Source: Acidobacteriota bacterium (GTDB lineage Bacteria; Acidobacteriota; UBA6911; RPQK01; JAJDTT01). Taken from it: 64,000 bases of DNA. Below the pieces are notes generated by a model. The model had not been told where the DNA came from, did no database searches, and saw only the letters and a program-made list of their open reading frames with translations. Where the stretch lies: contig OZ242374.1 in assembly GCA_965209055.1 (NCBI GenBank), positions 2,048,001-2,112,000 of the forward strand, given 5' to 3'. The position numbers and the translations under genes were made by a program. This document shows positions 37,970-48,007 of the stretch, piece by piece (position 1 is the stretch's first letter; each line of letters starts with the position of its first letter).

Positions 37970-39082
37970 ATGCGGAGATTGTATATCTACGAACATCCCG
38001 ACTGGCCCCATCTCCATTGGAAGGATGACAGCCTGATCGAAATGCTGGCGACCGTCCGGTATCAACAGGGACGGTTGATCGGTCAGATGGAGGCCCTCGG
38101 CGTCGATCTACGGCAGGAGGCGGTGTTCGAAACCCTTACGGAAGATGTGCTGAAGACGAGCGATATCGAAGGGGAACGACTCGACGCAGATCAGGTCCGC
38201 TCCTCGGTCGCCCGTCATCTCGGTCTCGACCTTGGCGGTCTCCGGCCCGCCGACCGCAGGGTCGAGGGGATCGTGGAAATGATGCTGGATGCCACCGGAC
38301 GCCATGAGGAGCCGCTGACCGGAACTCGACTCCACGGCTGGCACGAGTCTCTGTTTCCGTCTGGCCGCAGCGGCCGGCGGCGGACCACGGTGGGAGGCTG
38401 GCGCGATGACCGCACCGGCCCGATGCAGGTCGTGTCCGGTCCCATCGGCCGTGAGAGGGTGCATTTCGAGGCCCCGCCCGCGGCCCGCCTTGCCCGGGAA
38501 ATGGAGGCCTTGCTGGACTGGTTCAATGCGCCTGCCGACACCGATGAAGTGGTCAAGGCCGGGGTGGCCCACCTCTGGTTCGTCACCCTTCACCCCTTTG
38601 ACGACGGCAATGGCCGTATGGCGCGGGCGATTGCGGACATGGTCCTGGCCCGCTCCGAGGGGAGTTCGCAACGCTACTACAGCATGTCGTCGCAAATTCG
38701 GCAGGAACGCGCCGACTACTATGACGTCCTCGAACGGACGCAGAAGGGTACGACGGACATCACGGCTTGGTTGGTCTGGTTCCTGGCCTGCCTGGACCGT
38801 GCCATCGAAATTTCACGGAGGACGCTGGCGACGGTCCATAAAAAAGCACAATTTTGGAAACGTGTTGCCGATGTTCCTCTCAACCGGCGCCAGAGACGGG
38901 TCCTCGACCGCCTCCTGGGTGAGTTCGAGGGGAAGTTGACCACTTCGAAATGGGCCAAGCTCGCCAAATGCTCCCAGGATACGGCCCTGCGGGACATTAC
39001 CGATCTGGTCCGGCGCGGTCTCCTCGCCCGCAATCCGGGAGGGGGCCGAAGCACGAGCTACAGTCTGGTCGATTCCTCGTAG
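37970..39082 (+). CDS. Fic family protein (DUF4172-Fic-HTH)
   Basis: HPFDDGNGRMAR, C-terminal KCSQDTALRDI wHTH. Confidence 0.95.
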   Translation: MRRLYIYEHPDWPHLHWKDDSLIEMLATVRYQQGRLIGQMEALGVDLRQEAVFETLTEDVLKTSDIEGERLDADQVRSSVARHLGLDLGGLRPADRRVEGIVEMMLDATGRHEEPLTGTRLHGWHESLFPSGRSGRRRTTVGGWRDDRTGPMQVVSGPIGRERVHFEAPPAARLAREMEALLDWFNAPADTDEVVKAGVAHLWFVTLHPFDDGNGRMARAIADMVLARSEGSSQRYYSMSSQIRQERADYYDVLERTQKGTTDITAWLVWFLACLDRAIEISRRTLATVHKKAQFWKRVADVPLNRRQRRVLDRLLGEFEGKLTTSKWAKLAKCSQDTALRDITDLVRRGLLARNPGGGRSTSYSLVDSS

Positions 39083-39166
39083 TCTCCGAGTTCCTCGGTT
39101 GGCAACCGTGGAACAAGCAAATTGAGACCGGCGCCGCGATATGCTCAGCGACTTGAAGATTCGGGC

Positions 39167-40063
39167 TTAGACCAGGTCTTCTTCCAGATCCCTGATGAAT
39201 CTCGCCGAATCTCGCGCGATGTTTTCGGGGCCGTGTTCGAAGTGGAAGACTTCGAGCGACACCCAGCCCGGATAGGCGAGATCCTTCAACGCCTGTAGGA
39301 CCGGCTTGAAGTCGTAGTCGCCGGTCCCCGGATGGCGGCCGTCCAGTTCGTTGACGTGGACGTGCTTGATGTAGCGGTCGTATTTCCGGATCGCTTCATC
39401 GTGAGGCAGGGTCTCGCCGACGGCGTTGTGGGTGTCGAACATGGACTGCACCGCCGGGCTGCCGATCTGCTCCACGATGGCGACTGCCTCCTCCAGGTTG
39501 TTGACCACGTCGCAGAGATGCGGCGCCAGGGGCTCCAGGAGGATCCGCACCCGGCGCGCCTCGGCATCGGGCGCCACCTTGGCCAGGCCCTCGACCAGAC
39601 GTCCGGCGGCGTCCCGGCGCGTCGTTCCGTCCACCGTGCCGCGCTGCCGGGCCGATCCCAGGATCATCAGGCCATCGTCACCCAGGTCGGCGCACAGGTC
39701 GACGAGGCCCTGAAAGTAGTCCCAGCTTCTCTCTCGCCGGGTCCGGTCCGGCGTCGTCAGGTGAAGCCAGCGGGGCGCCTTGAGCATGTTGTGCATCCCG
39801 GCGTAGAGGAGTCCCTCCGACTCTCGGATGTCCCGCAACTCCCTGCGCTGGCCGGGGGATAGGGAATTGGGATCGTCCGAGAGCAGGTGCGGTGCGATCT
39901 CGATCCCCTCGTAACCGGTCCGGACCGCCCCCTTGCAGGTCTCGGCGAAGGTCCAGCTCTGGAACGTCCCGCTGCAGACGGCGAGGCGGATTCGGTAGCC
40001 GGCGGGTTTACGGGAGGGTCTTCCCTCAGATGCTGTCTGGGAACAGCCGGACACCCGATTCAT
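39167..40063 (-). CDS. Sugar phosphate isomerase/epimerase (AP endonuclease 2 TIM barrel)
   Basis: LEPL, FDTHN, HVHVNE, PGTG, SLEVF. Confidence 0.88.
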   Translation of the reverse strand: MNRVSGCSQTASEGRPSRKPAGYRIRLAVCSGTFQSWTFAETCKGAVRTGYEGIEIAPHLLSDDPNSLSPGQRRELRDIRESEGLLYAGMHNMLKAPRWLHLTTPDRTRRERSWDYFQGLVDLCADLGDDGLMILGSARQRGTVDGTTRRDAAGRLVEGLAKVAPDAEARRVRILLEPLAPHLCDVVNNLEEAVAIVEQIGSPAVQSMFDTHNAVGETLPHDEAIRKYDRYIKHVHVNELDGRHPGTGDYDFKPVLQALKDLAYPGWVSLEVFHFEHGPENIARDSARFIRDLEEDLV

Positions 40064-41136
40064 AGTTGAAAGAGTTGCTTGGCATTGCCGGCGTAGATTT
40101 TCTCCAGATCCGCAGCCGGCAGGCCGAGGCTGTCGATTTTCGACACGATCAGGTTGGGGTCCACCCACGGATGGTCGCTGGCATAGAGCAGCCGGTTGGG
40201 ACCGGCGAAGTCGTAGCCGTACCGGATGGCCATGGCGATGGGAGAGACCGTATCGAAATAGATCTGACGCAGGTACTCGCTGGGCGGCCGGTTGATGTTC
40301 TCCGCCCCCCGCTTGAGCACCTGGGTCTGATGGTCCATGCGGCCGACCAGATAGGGCAGCGCCCCGCCCACATGCGGGCAGAGCAGCTTGAGCCGGGGGT
40401 GCCGGTCCAGGATCCCGGCCAGGATGATCCGGGCCAGGGCGATGGTGGTGTCGAACATCAGGCCCAGGCCGCCCACCAGGGAGCGTCCCTTCACGGCGTC
40501 GTACGTCATGGGGTAAGCGGGATGGAGCAAAATGGGAATGCCCATCTCTTCGGCCCGTTTGAACAGGGGCCGGAACTCCTCTTCGTCGGGAAAACGGCCC
40601 GCCAGGTTCGAGTAGAGCAGGATGCCGCGGAAGCCGAGCTGGTCGACGCAGCGGTCCAGTTCCCGGAGCGACTCCTCCAGGTGATGGAGCGGCAGCGTCG
40701 CCAGCCCGAAGAAACGTCCCGGATACGACTCGGCGGCGTCTCCGATGAAGTCGTGCGCCAGCTTGGCCACCTTGGGGCCGTCGGCGCCGAAGCACTCGGG
40801 TCCGGGGTCGTTGATGCTGAGGGCCGAGGTCCGGATGCCGGCCCGGTCCATGTCGGCGATCTTGGCGTCCAGGTCCAGGTGTTGCGGCCGGACGCGCCGG
40901 CGCCATTCCCCGGTGAGGGTGTAATAGGCGCCCTCCTGCTCGTAGGCCCGGGGGAGGGTGTCCCGGGTCATCATGAACTTGAGGACGGGAGGCGGGACCA
41001 TGTGACTCTGGGCGTCGATGCGGAAGAGGTTCGCGTCCGTCCGCACCCGCTCGCCAGTCGCCGGGCCCGGAACGGACGCGCTGCCGGTGGTGGAAGGAGA
41101 CTCACTCCGATCAGACAATTCGTCTCCTCTCTCCAT
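40060..41136 (-). CDS. Amidohydrolase 2 (ACMSD-like); start uncertain
   Basis: IDAQSH, LLHP, PHVGGALP, YFDT, ASDHPW. Confidence 0.88.
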   Translation of the reverse strand: MERGDELSDRSESPSTTGSASVPGPATGERVRTDANLFRIDAQSHMVPPPVLKFMMTRDTLPRAYEQEGAYYTLTGEWRRRVRPQHLDLDAKIADMDRAGIRTSALSINDPGPECFGADGPKVAKLAHDFIGDAAESYPGRFFGLATLPLHHLEESLRELDRCVDQLGFRGILLYSNLAGRFPDEEEFRPLFKRAEEMGIPILLHPAYPMTYDAVKGRSLVGGLGLMFDTTIALARIILAGILDRHPRLKLLCPHVGGALPYLVGRMDHQTQVLKRGAENINRPPSEYLRQIYFDTVSPIAMAIRYGYDFAGPNRLLYASDHPWVDPNLIVSKIDSLGLPAADLEKIYAGNAKQLFQL

Positions 41137-41536
41137 GCTTGCGGGTGAGCAGCGTCGCCCCTGCGAGCCGGGCTGCCTTCCGTTCGAAGGTGTACAGCGG
41201 ATGGGCTCCCGATCGTTCGGCCGCAGCCAGGATCATCAGGTCGGAAAAACCCGATCCGCCTGTCCGATAACGGAACGCCGACCGGGCCACATCGCCGGCC
41301 GCCTCGACCACGATCCCTTCGGTGGCCACCAGTTCCTCCAGCACTGCCGCAATCCGGTCGCGGGGATGGCCATAGGCCCGTTCCAACACCCAGACGAGTT
41401 CGACGACCACTTCGCGGCAGACGTAACCGGGCCGGTCTGCCGTGAGCGAATCCAGCAACGAACGGGAGGCTTCCGCCTGATTGGCGTCGTCGCGAACCAG
41501 ATAACGGACGAGGACGTTGGTGTCGAGTGCGATCAC
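41111..41536 (-). CDS. vapC: VapC PIN toxin
   Basis: MIALDTNVLVRYL, ELVWVL, FSDLMI. Confidence 0.92.
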   Translation of the reverse strand: MIALDTNVLVRYLVRDDANQAEASRSLLDSLTADRPGYVCREVVVELVWVLERAYGHPRDRIAAVLEELVATEGIVVEAAGDVARSAFRYRTGGSGFSDLMILAAAERSGAHPLYTFERKAARLAGATLLTRKHGERRRIV

Positions 41537-41767
41537 TCCACAATTGCCCCGTCGGCTACGGCCTGCTCCATTTGCTCCACGGTAACGGCGGGCCCTTCAT
41601 GCCGGAGCACCCCATACAACCGGCCGATGGGCCGGACCGGCAGAATTCGCACTTTGCCCTCGGAAATGACGTAGCGCACCCGGTCCCCGGCCCGCAGGCC
41701 GAGCACCTCCCGCACGGGCTTGGGAAGTGTCGTCTGGCCCTTCTTGGTAATGGAAGATTCAATCATG
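41533..41767 (-). CDS. AbrB/MazE-type antitoxin
   Basis: SSITKKGQTTLPKPVREVLGL. Confidence 0.92.
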
Positions 41768-41901
41768 GCAATATCCAATATTGACTTACAATATAGAGTA
41801 TTGCCTTACTAATATCAATAAAGTAAGGATACCGGTGGGGCTACGGCTGTAGAAGTTCCAGTTGTCTGGGACTGGGGAAAATCCTCGAGATGAAAAGACG
41901 C

Positions 41902-41931
41902 TTGACATAACAGACAAATGTCTGTTATTCT
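41902..41931 (+). promoter_or_regulatory. sigma70 promoter overlapped by a perfect palindrome (candidate LexA box)
   Basis: TTGACA-N18-TATTCT; ATAACAGACA-AA-TGTCTGTTAT at 41907-41928. Confidence 0.8.
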
Positions 41932-41978
41932 CTCCGTTCCTGGTTTTTCCGGTCACTTGGCCGGTCAGGGAGGGAGAA

Positions 41979-42596
41979 ATGGCCTATACGCCGCCTGGGG
42001 AGACGCGAAAAAAGGTCTACGAGTTCGTGCGGGAGAGGATCCTGAACGGATCGCCGCCCACCGTCCGGGAGGTGCAGCGGGCCTTCGGGTTCCGGGCGGT
42101 CCAGTCGGCGAGGCAGCACCTGGAGGCGCTGGTGGCCGAGGGGAAGCTGGTCAAGGACTCGGGCAAGGCCCGGTCCCACCGCCTGCCGGAGTTGGGGCGG
42201 GTTCGCTCCTCCCACCTGATCCCCATGCTGGGCCGCGTCCAGGCGGGGGAGTTGACCACGGCCCTGCAGGACCCGGGCGATTATCTCCTGGTGCAGAAGA
42301 CCCGTTTCGACGACCGGGAGCTCTTCGCCCTGACCGTTCGGGGGGAGAGCATGCTCCAGGCCGGCATCCTGCCGGGAGACACCGTGATCGTCCGCCGGCA
42401 GCCGGCCGCCAGGCCGGGGGAGATCGTGGTGGCCCTGGTGGGGGAGGAGGCGACCGTCAAGCGGTACCGGGAAAAGAAGGGCCGGGTTGAGCTGCATCCC
42501 GAAAACGATGCCTTCGAGCCCATCGTCCCCCGGGAGGACGGAGAGCCGTTCTCGATCCTGGGCAAGGTCATCGAAGTCAGAAGGAACCTGGAGTAA
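41979..42596 (+). CDS. lexA: LexA repressor
   Basis: PPTVRE wHTH, GRVQAG cleavage site, GESM and ATVK catalytic dyad. Confidence 0.95.
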   Translation: MAYTPPGETRKKVYEFVRERILNGSPPTVREVQRAFGFRAVQSARQHLEALVAEGKLVKDSGKARSHRLPELGRVRSSHLIPMLGRVQAGELTTALQDPGDYLLVQKTRFDDRELFALTVRGESMLQAGILPGDTVIVRRQPAARPGEIVVALVGEEATVKRYREKKGRVELHPENDAFEPIVPREDGEPFSILGKVIEVRRNLE

Positions 42597-42606
42597 AGGA
42601 GGGAGC

Positions 42607-43242
42607 ATGTCAGCCTTGCAAGCCATCGATCTGCGGGGTCTCAGGACCCATCTCGATTGGGCGGCGGCGACGCCGCGGACGGAAACTCCGCTCTGGTCCC
42701 GGGAGCACTTGGCGGGCCGCCTCTGCGAGCTCTCCTCCAGGTCCGGAGCCGCGCTGCTGACGTCCGCCTTTCGCCTGGTGCTGGATGCACAGATGGAGGG
42801 CGAGCCGGTGGCCTGGGTCGCAGCCGGGCCGGACACCTTCTTCGCCCCGGATGCGGCCGGGAACGGCGTGGACCTGAACGCCCTGGTGGTGATTCGCGTC
42901 CCGGACGCCCAGTCCGCGGGACGCGCGGCGGACCGGCTCTTGCGGTCGGGAGCCTTCGGACTGATCGTGATGGATCTGAACTTCAATCCCACCATTTCGG
43001 TGCCGTTGCAGACGCGCCTGGTCCAGCAGGCGCGGACTCATGGTGCCGCCCTCCTCTGCCTGACCTCCAAGGCCCGGGGGGCGCCTTCGCTGGGGACCAT
43101 GGTCTCGCTGCGGGGGCAGACTTCCTGCCGGCGTCTGGAGGTCGACCGCTTCCAGTACCGGATCGAGATCTTGAAGGACAGGAGTCATGGACCGGGTTGG
43201 AGCCACACCGAGGTCTGCCGTGGACCGGAAGGCCTGCATTAA
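42607..43242 (+). CDS. imuA: ImuA (RecA-like)
   Basis: GRLCELS, LLRSGAFGLIVMD; position within the cassette. Confidence 0.85.
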   Translation: MSALQAIDLRGLRTHLDWAAATPRTETPLWSREHLAGRLCELSSRSGAALLTSAFRLVLDAQMEGEPVAWVAAGPDTFFAPDAAGNGVDLNALVVIRVPDAQSAGRAADRLLRSGAFGLIVMDLNFNPTISVPLQTRLVQQARTHGAALLCLTSKARGAPSLGTMVSLRGQTSCRRLEVDRFQYRIEILKDRSHGPGWSHTEVCRGPEGLH

Positions 43243-44689
43243 CATCCGGGCCCTGCCGCTGCAGCTCCTGATGAGGAGGCATCCGGAGTGGAGGCAGAGG
43301 CCGGTGGCGGTGGTGGAGCAGGAGAAACCCCAGAGCCCCATCCTCTGGGTCAACTCCGCGGCTGCGGGGTCCGGCATTCGGCCGGGGATGCGCTATGCCT
43401 CCGGCCTCTCCCTGGATCGGAACCTGTGTGCGGGCACGGTGTCCGGGAAGGAGATCGAGTCTGCGGTCCGGCAGGTGCACGAACTGCTGGCCGATTTCAG
43501 TCCCGGGGTCGAGCCCTCCCAAGACGAGCCCGGGGTCTTCTGGATCGATGCCAGCGGACTCGACAAGCTTTACGGCTCTTTCGAGAACTGGACCCGGCAG
43601 ATGGCCGTCCGCCTCTCCCGGGAGGAGTTGCCGGCGAGCATCGTGGTGGGCTTCAGCCGTTTCGGCAGCTATGCCATCGCCAAGGCGGAGAACCGGGTGA
43701 CGGTGCTCCCCTCCTTCGAGATGGAGGAGGTCTGCAGCCGCAAGGTGCGCCTGCAGCATCTGGGGATCAATCCGAGCTTGCGCGACCGGTTGGAGAAGCT
43801 GGGGATTCACACCGTCGGAGACTTTCTGGATCTTCCCCAAGGCGGCATCGTCCGGCATCTGGGCCAGGAGGCCTGGGCACTGTACCGTCTGGCGGCGGGC
43901 GAGCTTTCGTTGCCGCTCCAGCCCCGAATGATCCCCGAGCCTCTCCGTGTCCGGACGGAACTGGAGGAGCCTGAATCCAACGCGGCAAGACTCCTTTTCC
44001 GGATCAAGCAGTTGCTGGACCCCTTGCTGATGGCGGCGTCGGACAGGAACCAAAAGGTGTCCGTCCTCCGGTTGCAGCTTCTGCTGGAGGATGGAGACCG
44101 CCGCCTCGAGCAGATCCAGCCGGCCCGGCCCACCTTGAAGGTTTCGGTCCTGCTGGATCTGGTCCGTTTGCGCCTGGAGAGCCTCTCCCTGCCGGTTCCT
44201 CCGGTGGAGCTCTCCCTGGAAGTGGAGGGGGTGTCCGCCTCTCCCCAGGTGCTGAGCCTCCTGCAACGGAATCCGCGCCGGAACCTGGAGGCGGCCCTGC
44301 GCGCCCTGGCCCGGGTCCGGGCCGAGTTCGGCCCCGATTCGGTGCTCTCGGCCCGGCTCAAATCGGGGCATCTGCCGGAAGCCCGTTCCGAGTGGCGGCC
44401 CTTGGAGAAGCTCAAGGCGGCCAATCCCCGTTCGGTCTCCCTGCGCCCCCTGGTGCGGCGCGCCCACGCCCGCCCCCGGCCCCTGAAACGGTCTCTCTTG
44501 GAGTCGGCGGGCCGGTGGAAGCGATCCCCGGGACTGGGACGTCTACTGGGCTATCTCATCAACGGAGGGTGGTGGAGCCGGGAAGTCCGGCGGGACTACC
44601 GGTTCGTCGACACCGGCCGGGGCGAGATCCTCTGGGTCTACTACGACCAGAAGCGGCGGCGCTGGTACTCGCAGGGCCGAGTCGAGTGA
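43187..44689 (+). CDS. imuB: ImuB, inactive Y-family polymerase
   Basis: [22 protein letters not shown]...RRDY...QGRVE C-terminus. Confidence 0.9.
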   Translation: MDRVGATPRSAVDRKACINIRALPLQLLMRRHPEWRQRPVAVVEQEKPQSPILWVNSAAAGSGIRPGMRYASGLSLDRNLCAGTVSGKEIESAVRQVHELLADFSPGVEPSQDEPGVFWIDASGLDKLYGSFENWTRQMAVRLSREELPASIVVGFSRFGSYAIAKAENRVTVLPSFEMEEVCSRKVRLQHLGINPSLRDRLEKLGIHTVGDFLDLPQGGIVRHLGQEAWALYRLAAGELSLPLQPRMIPEPLRVRTELEEPESNAARLLFRIKQLLDPLLMAASDRNQKVSVLRLQLLLEDGDRRLEQIQPARPTLKVSVLLDLVRLRLESLSLPVPPVELSLEVEGVSASPQVLSLLQRNPRRNLEAALRALARVRAEFGPDSVLSARLKSGHLPEARSEWRPLEKLKAANPRSVSLRPLVRRAHARPRPLKRSLLESAGRWKRSPGLGRLLGYLINGGWWSREVRRDYRFVDTGRGEILWVYYDQKRRRWYSQGRVE

Positions 44690-44693
44690 GGAC

Positions 44694-44819
44694 GGGCGGT
44701 TGGAAGGGCGATTGGAAGGGCGATTTCCAATCGCCCCCTCTTCAACGCCAAATTGTCACGTCGGAGTCCGGCGGCTGGAAACCGCCGTTCCAATCCGGCG
44801 GTTGGAAACCGCCGCCCCT
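44694..44819. repeat. REP cluster at the imuB/dnaE2 junction
   Basis: GGAAGGGCGATTTCCAATCGCCC plus two GGCGGYTGGAAACCGCCG units. Confidence 0.8.
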
Positions 44820-47800
44820 CAGCCCTACGTCCCCCTCTGGTGCAAGAGCAACTACTCCTTCCTGGAGGGGGCCAGCCACCCCGAGGAACTGGTGGAGGCC
44901 TGCCGGGAGCAGGGGCTTTCCGCCCTGGCCCTCACCGACCGCAACGGGGTGTACGGGATCGTCCGCGCCCACGTCCGCGCCCGCCGCCTGGGCGTCCACC
45001 TGATCGTGGGCTCCCAGGTCGACCTCCGGGACGGATCGGAGCTTCTGCTGCTGGTCCAGGACCAGGAGGGCTACCGCAATCTCTGCCGCCTGTTGACCGG
45101 CGGGCACCTCCGTTCCTCCAAGGGGGAGTGCCGGCTGGATTGGCGGGAGGTCTGCCGGCACAGCCCCGGCCTGATCGCCCTCTGGGGGATTCCGCCGCCA
45201 GACTTCGGATCCTGCGCCCGGACCGAACCGGAACCTGTCCTGGAGCGGCTCCAAGCCGCTTTTCAGGATCGCCTCCACGTCTTGATTCCCAGGCACCGCC
45301 GGGCGGAGGAGGTGATGCGGGAGGCCAGGCTCCGGGAGTTGGCGGACCGCTTCGGGCTGCCCACGGTGGCCGCCGTGGAGGTGCTCTACCACTGTCCCGG
45401 CCGCCGCCGCCTGCAGGACGTCCTGACCTGCATCCGGGAAGGAGTGACCCTGCCCGCGGCCGGCCGCCTCATCCGGCCCAATGATCAGCACGCCCTGAAG
45501 AGTCCGGACGATCTGGCCCGCCTCTTTGCCGACGATCCCGAGTCGGTCAAGCGGACCCGTGAAGTGGCCGCCCGCTGTTCCTTCTCGCTCCAGGAACTGC
45601 GTTACCGCTATCCGCTGGAACGCCTGCCGGAAGGAATGGACTCCAGCCGGTACCTGCGCCGGCGGACCTTCGAAGGAGCCGAGCGCCGCCTGGGAGGGAA
45701 GTTCCGCAGCCAGGTCCCGCAGTTGCAGAAGGAACTGGACCTGATCCGGGAGCTGGAGTACGAGGGCTATTTCCTGACCATGCACGAGATCGTCGAGTAC
45801 TGCCGCCGCCACGGCATCCTCTGCCAGGGCCGGGGGTCGGCCGCCAACTCCACCGTCTGCTTCGCCCTGGGAATCACCAGCGTGGACCCGACCCAGGTGG
45901 ACCTCCTCTTCGAGCGTTTTCTGTCCCGGGAGCGGGCCGAGCCGCCCGACATCGACCTGGACATCGAGCACAACCGCCGGGAAGAGGTGATCCAGCACGT
46001 GTACCGGAAGTACGGGCGCGACCGCGCCGCCATGGTGTCCAACGTGGTCCGTTACCGCTACCGGTCCGCCATCCGGGAAGTGGGAAAGGTGCTGGGAGTC
46101 TCGGCCACCAGCCTGGACCGTCTGGCCAAGCTGGTTTCCCACGAGCGCTGGGGTGAAGAACTGGTGGGACAGGCAGGACTCGACTCCCGGAGCCCGGCCC
46201 TGGGCCACCTGGTGAATCTGGTGCAGGAGATCCAGGATTTTCCCCGCCATCTCTCCATCCATCCCGGCGGCTTCCTGCTGGGCCACCGGCCCGTTCACGA
46301 CCTGGTGCCCATCGAGAACGCCTCCATGGAGGGCCGGACCGTCATCCAGTGGGACAAGGAGGACGTGGAACAGGCGGGCCTGTTCAAGGTGGACCTGCTG
46401 GGGCTGGGCGCCCTCACCCATCTGCACCTCTGCTTCGATCTCCTGCGCCGGCACCGCCGCCGGAGTCTCTCCCTGGCCACCCTCCCCAGGGAGGATTCAG
46501 CCACCTTCGACATGGTCTGCCGCGCCGATACGGTGGGGGTGTTCCAGATCGAGAGCCGGGCCCAGATGGCCATGCTGGGCCGCCTCAAGCCGCGCAACTA
46601 CTACGACCTGGTGATCGAGATCAGCATCGTCCGTCCCGGACCCATCACGGGAGGCATGGTGCATCCCTACCTGCGGCGGCGCAAAGGGGAGGAAGCGGTC
46701 GAATATCCCCATCCCTGTCTCATCCCCGTCCTGAAGAAGACCCTGGGGATTCCCCTGTTCCAGGAGCAGGTGATGTAACTGGCCATGGTGGCCGCCGACT
46801 ACACGCCGGGCGAGGCCGACCAGTTGCGGCGGGACATGGCGGCCTGGCGGCGTTCGGGACGGATCGAGCGGCACCATGAAAAGCTGGTGTCCCGCATGGT
46901 AAGGAAGGGAATCCGGAAGGAGTTCGCCGAGCGCGTCTTTCAGCAGATCCGTGGATTCGGCGACTACGGTTTCCCCGAGAGCCATGCCGCCAGCTTTGCC
47001 CATATCGCCTACGCCACCGCCTATCTCAAGTGCCACTATCCGGCGGAGTTCGCCTGCGCCCTGCTGAACGCCCAGCCCATGGGGTTCTACTCTCCCTCCA
47101 CCATCGTCAACGACGCCCGGATTCATGGGATCGGGATTCACCCCGTCAGCATTCTCGAAAGTGGCTGGGACTGCAGCCTGGTCCCGGCTCCGGCCGGTCC
47201 CGGACAGCCCGCCAAGTTCGCGGTCCGCATGGGGTTGCGCTACGTCAAGGGGATGGGAGAGGGGGACTGGGACGGATTGGACGAAGCCGCCCGGCAATCC
47301 CCCTTCAGCGATCTCCCGGACGTCGTCCGGAGGAGCGGACTCCGCCAGGACAAGCTGGAGACCCTGGCCGAGGCCGGCGCCTTCGAGTGCTTCGGCCTGG
47401 ACCGCCGGAGCGCGCTCTGGCAGATCCAGGGCCTCGCCGGCCGGCGGCCACCCCCATTGCCGTTGAGCAACCGCGCTCCATCTCCCTCCTTCCCGCCTCT
47501 AAACCAGTTGGAGAGCATCGTCTGGGACCATCGGGTCACCAGCCACAGCTCCCAGGCCCACCTCCTGAAACCGCTGCGGCCCGTTCTGACCGCCTGGGGA
47601 CTGCCCACCGCCCGCCAACTCAACCGGATGCCGGACGGCCGCCGCGTCCGCTACGCGGGCATGGTCATCTGCCGCCAGCGCCCGGGGACCGCACGGGGCG
47701 TCACCTTCATGACCCTGGAGGACGAGACGGGGTTCGTGAACCTGGTCATCTGGCAACAGACCTTCCAGCGCTATTCCGTCCTGGCCAAAACCCTCTCCTG

Positions 47801-47921
47801 CATGGGGGTCACCGGCAACCTTCAGGTGGCGGAGAGAGTCACCCACCTGGTGGTCGACAAGATCTGGAGACCCAAGCTGGACAAAACCTCAATCCGCCTC
47901 AAAAGCCGAGACTTCCAATAG
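44700..47921 (+). pseudogene. dnaE2: Error-prone DNA polymerase DnaE2 (ImuC) with an in-frame TAA at 46776-46778
   Basis: [43 protein letters not shown]-terminal SRDF. Confidence 0.93.
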
Positions 47922-47930
47922 GAGCGGGGA

Positions 47931-47968
47931 CTGTTAGTCCGGTGCTCTGTCCAACTGAGATACGGGGT
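47931..47968 (-). other. tRNA 5'-half relic (Arg-like) forming the left attachment site
   Basis: ACCCCGTATCTCAGTTGGACAGAGCACCGGA-CTAACAG: acceptor 5' strand, D-arm and 5' anticodon stem; no T-arm follows. Confidence 0.7.
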
Positions 47969-48007
47969 TGATCCTGTCTTTTCAATAGGTTATCCCGATG
48001 CTCCCCT

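Noticed and set aside
40064-40906. 579-aa ORF suggesting a fused epimerase
   Set aside because: The upstream part is an alternate frame of the amidohydrolase; ATGA coupling gives start 40063
46776-46778. Programmed recoding or split intein in dnaE2
   Set aside because: The stop is TAA (not Sec/Pyl) and no intein motifs flank it
47926-47968. Functional tRNA gene with AAC anticodon
   Set aside because: No variable or T arm and no 3' acceptor strand; it is an att-site relic
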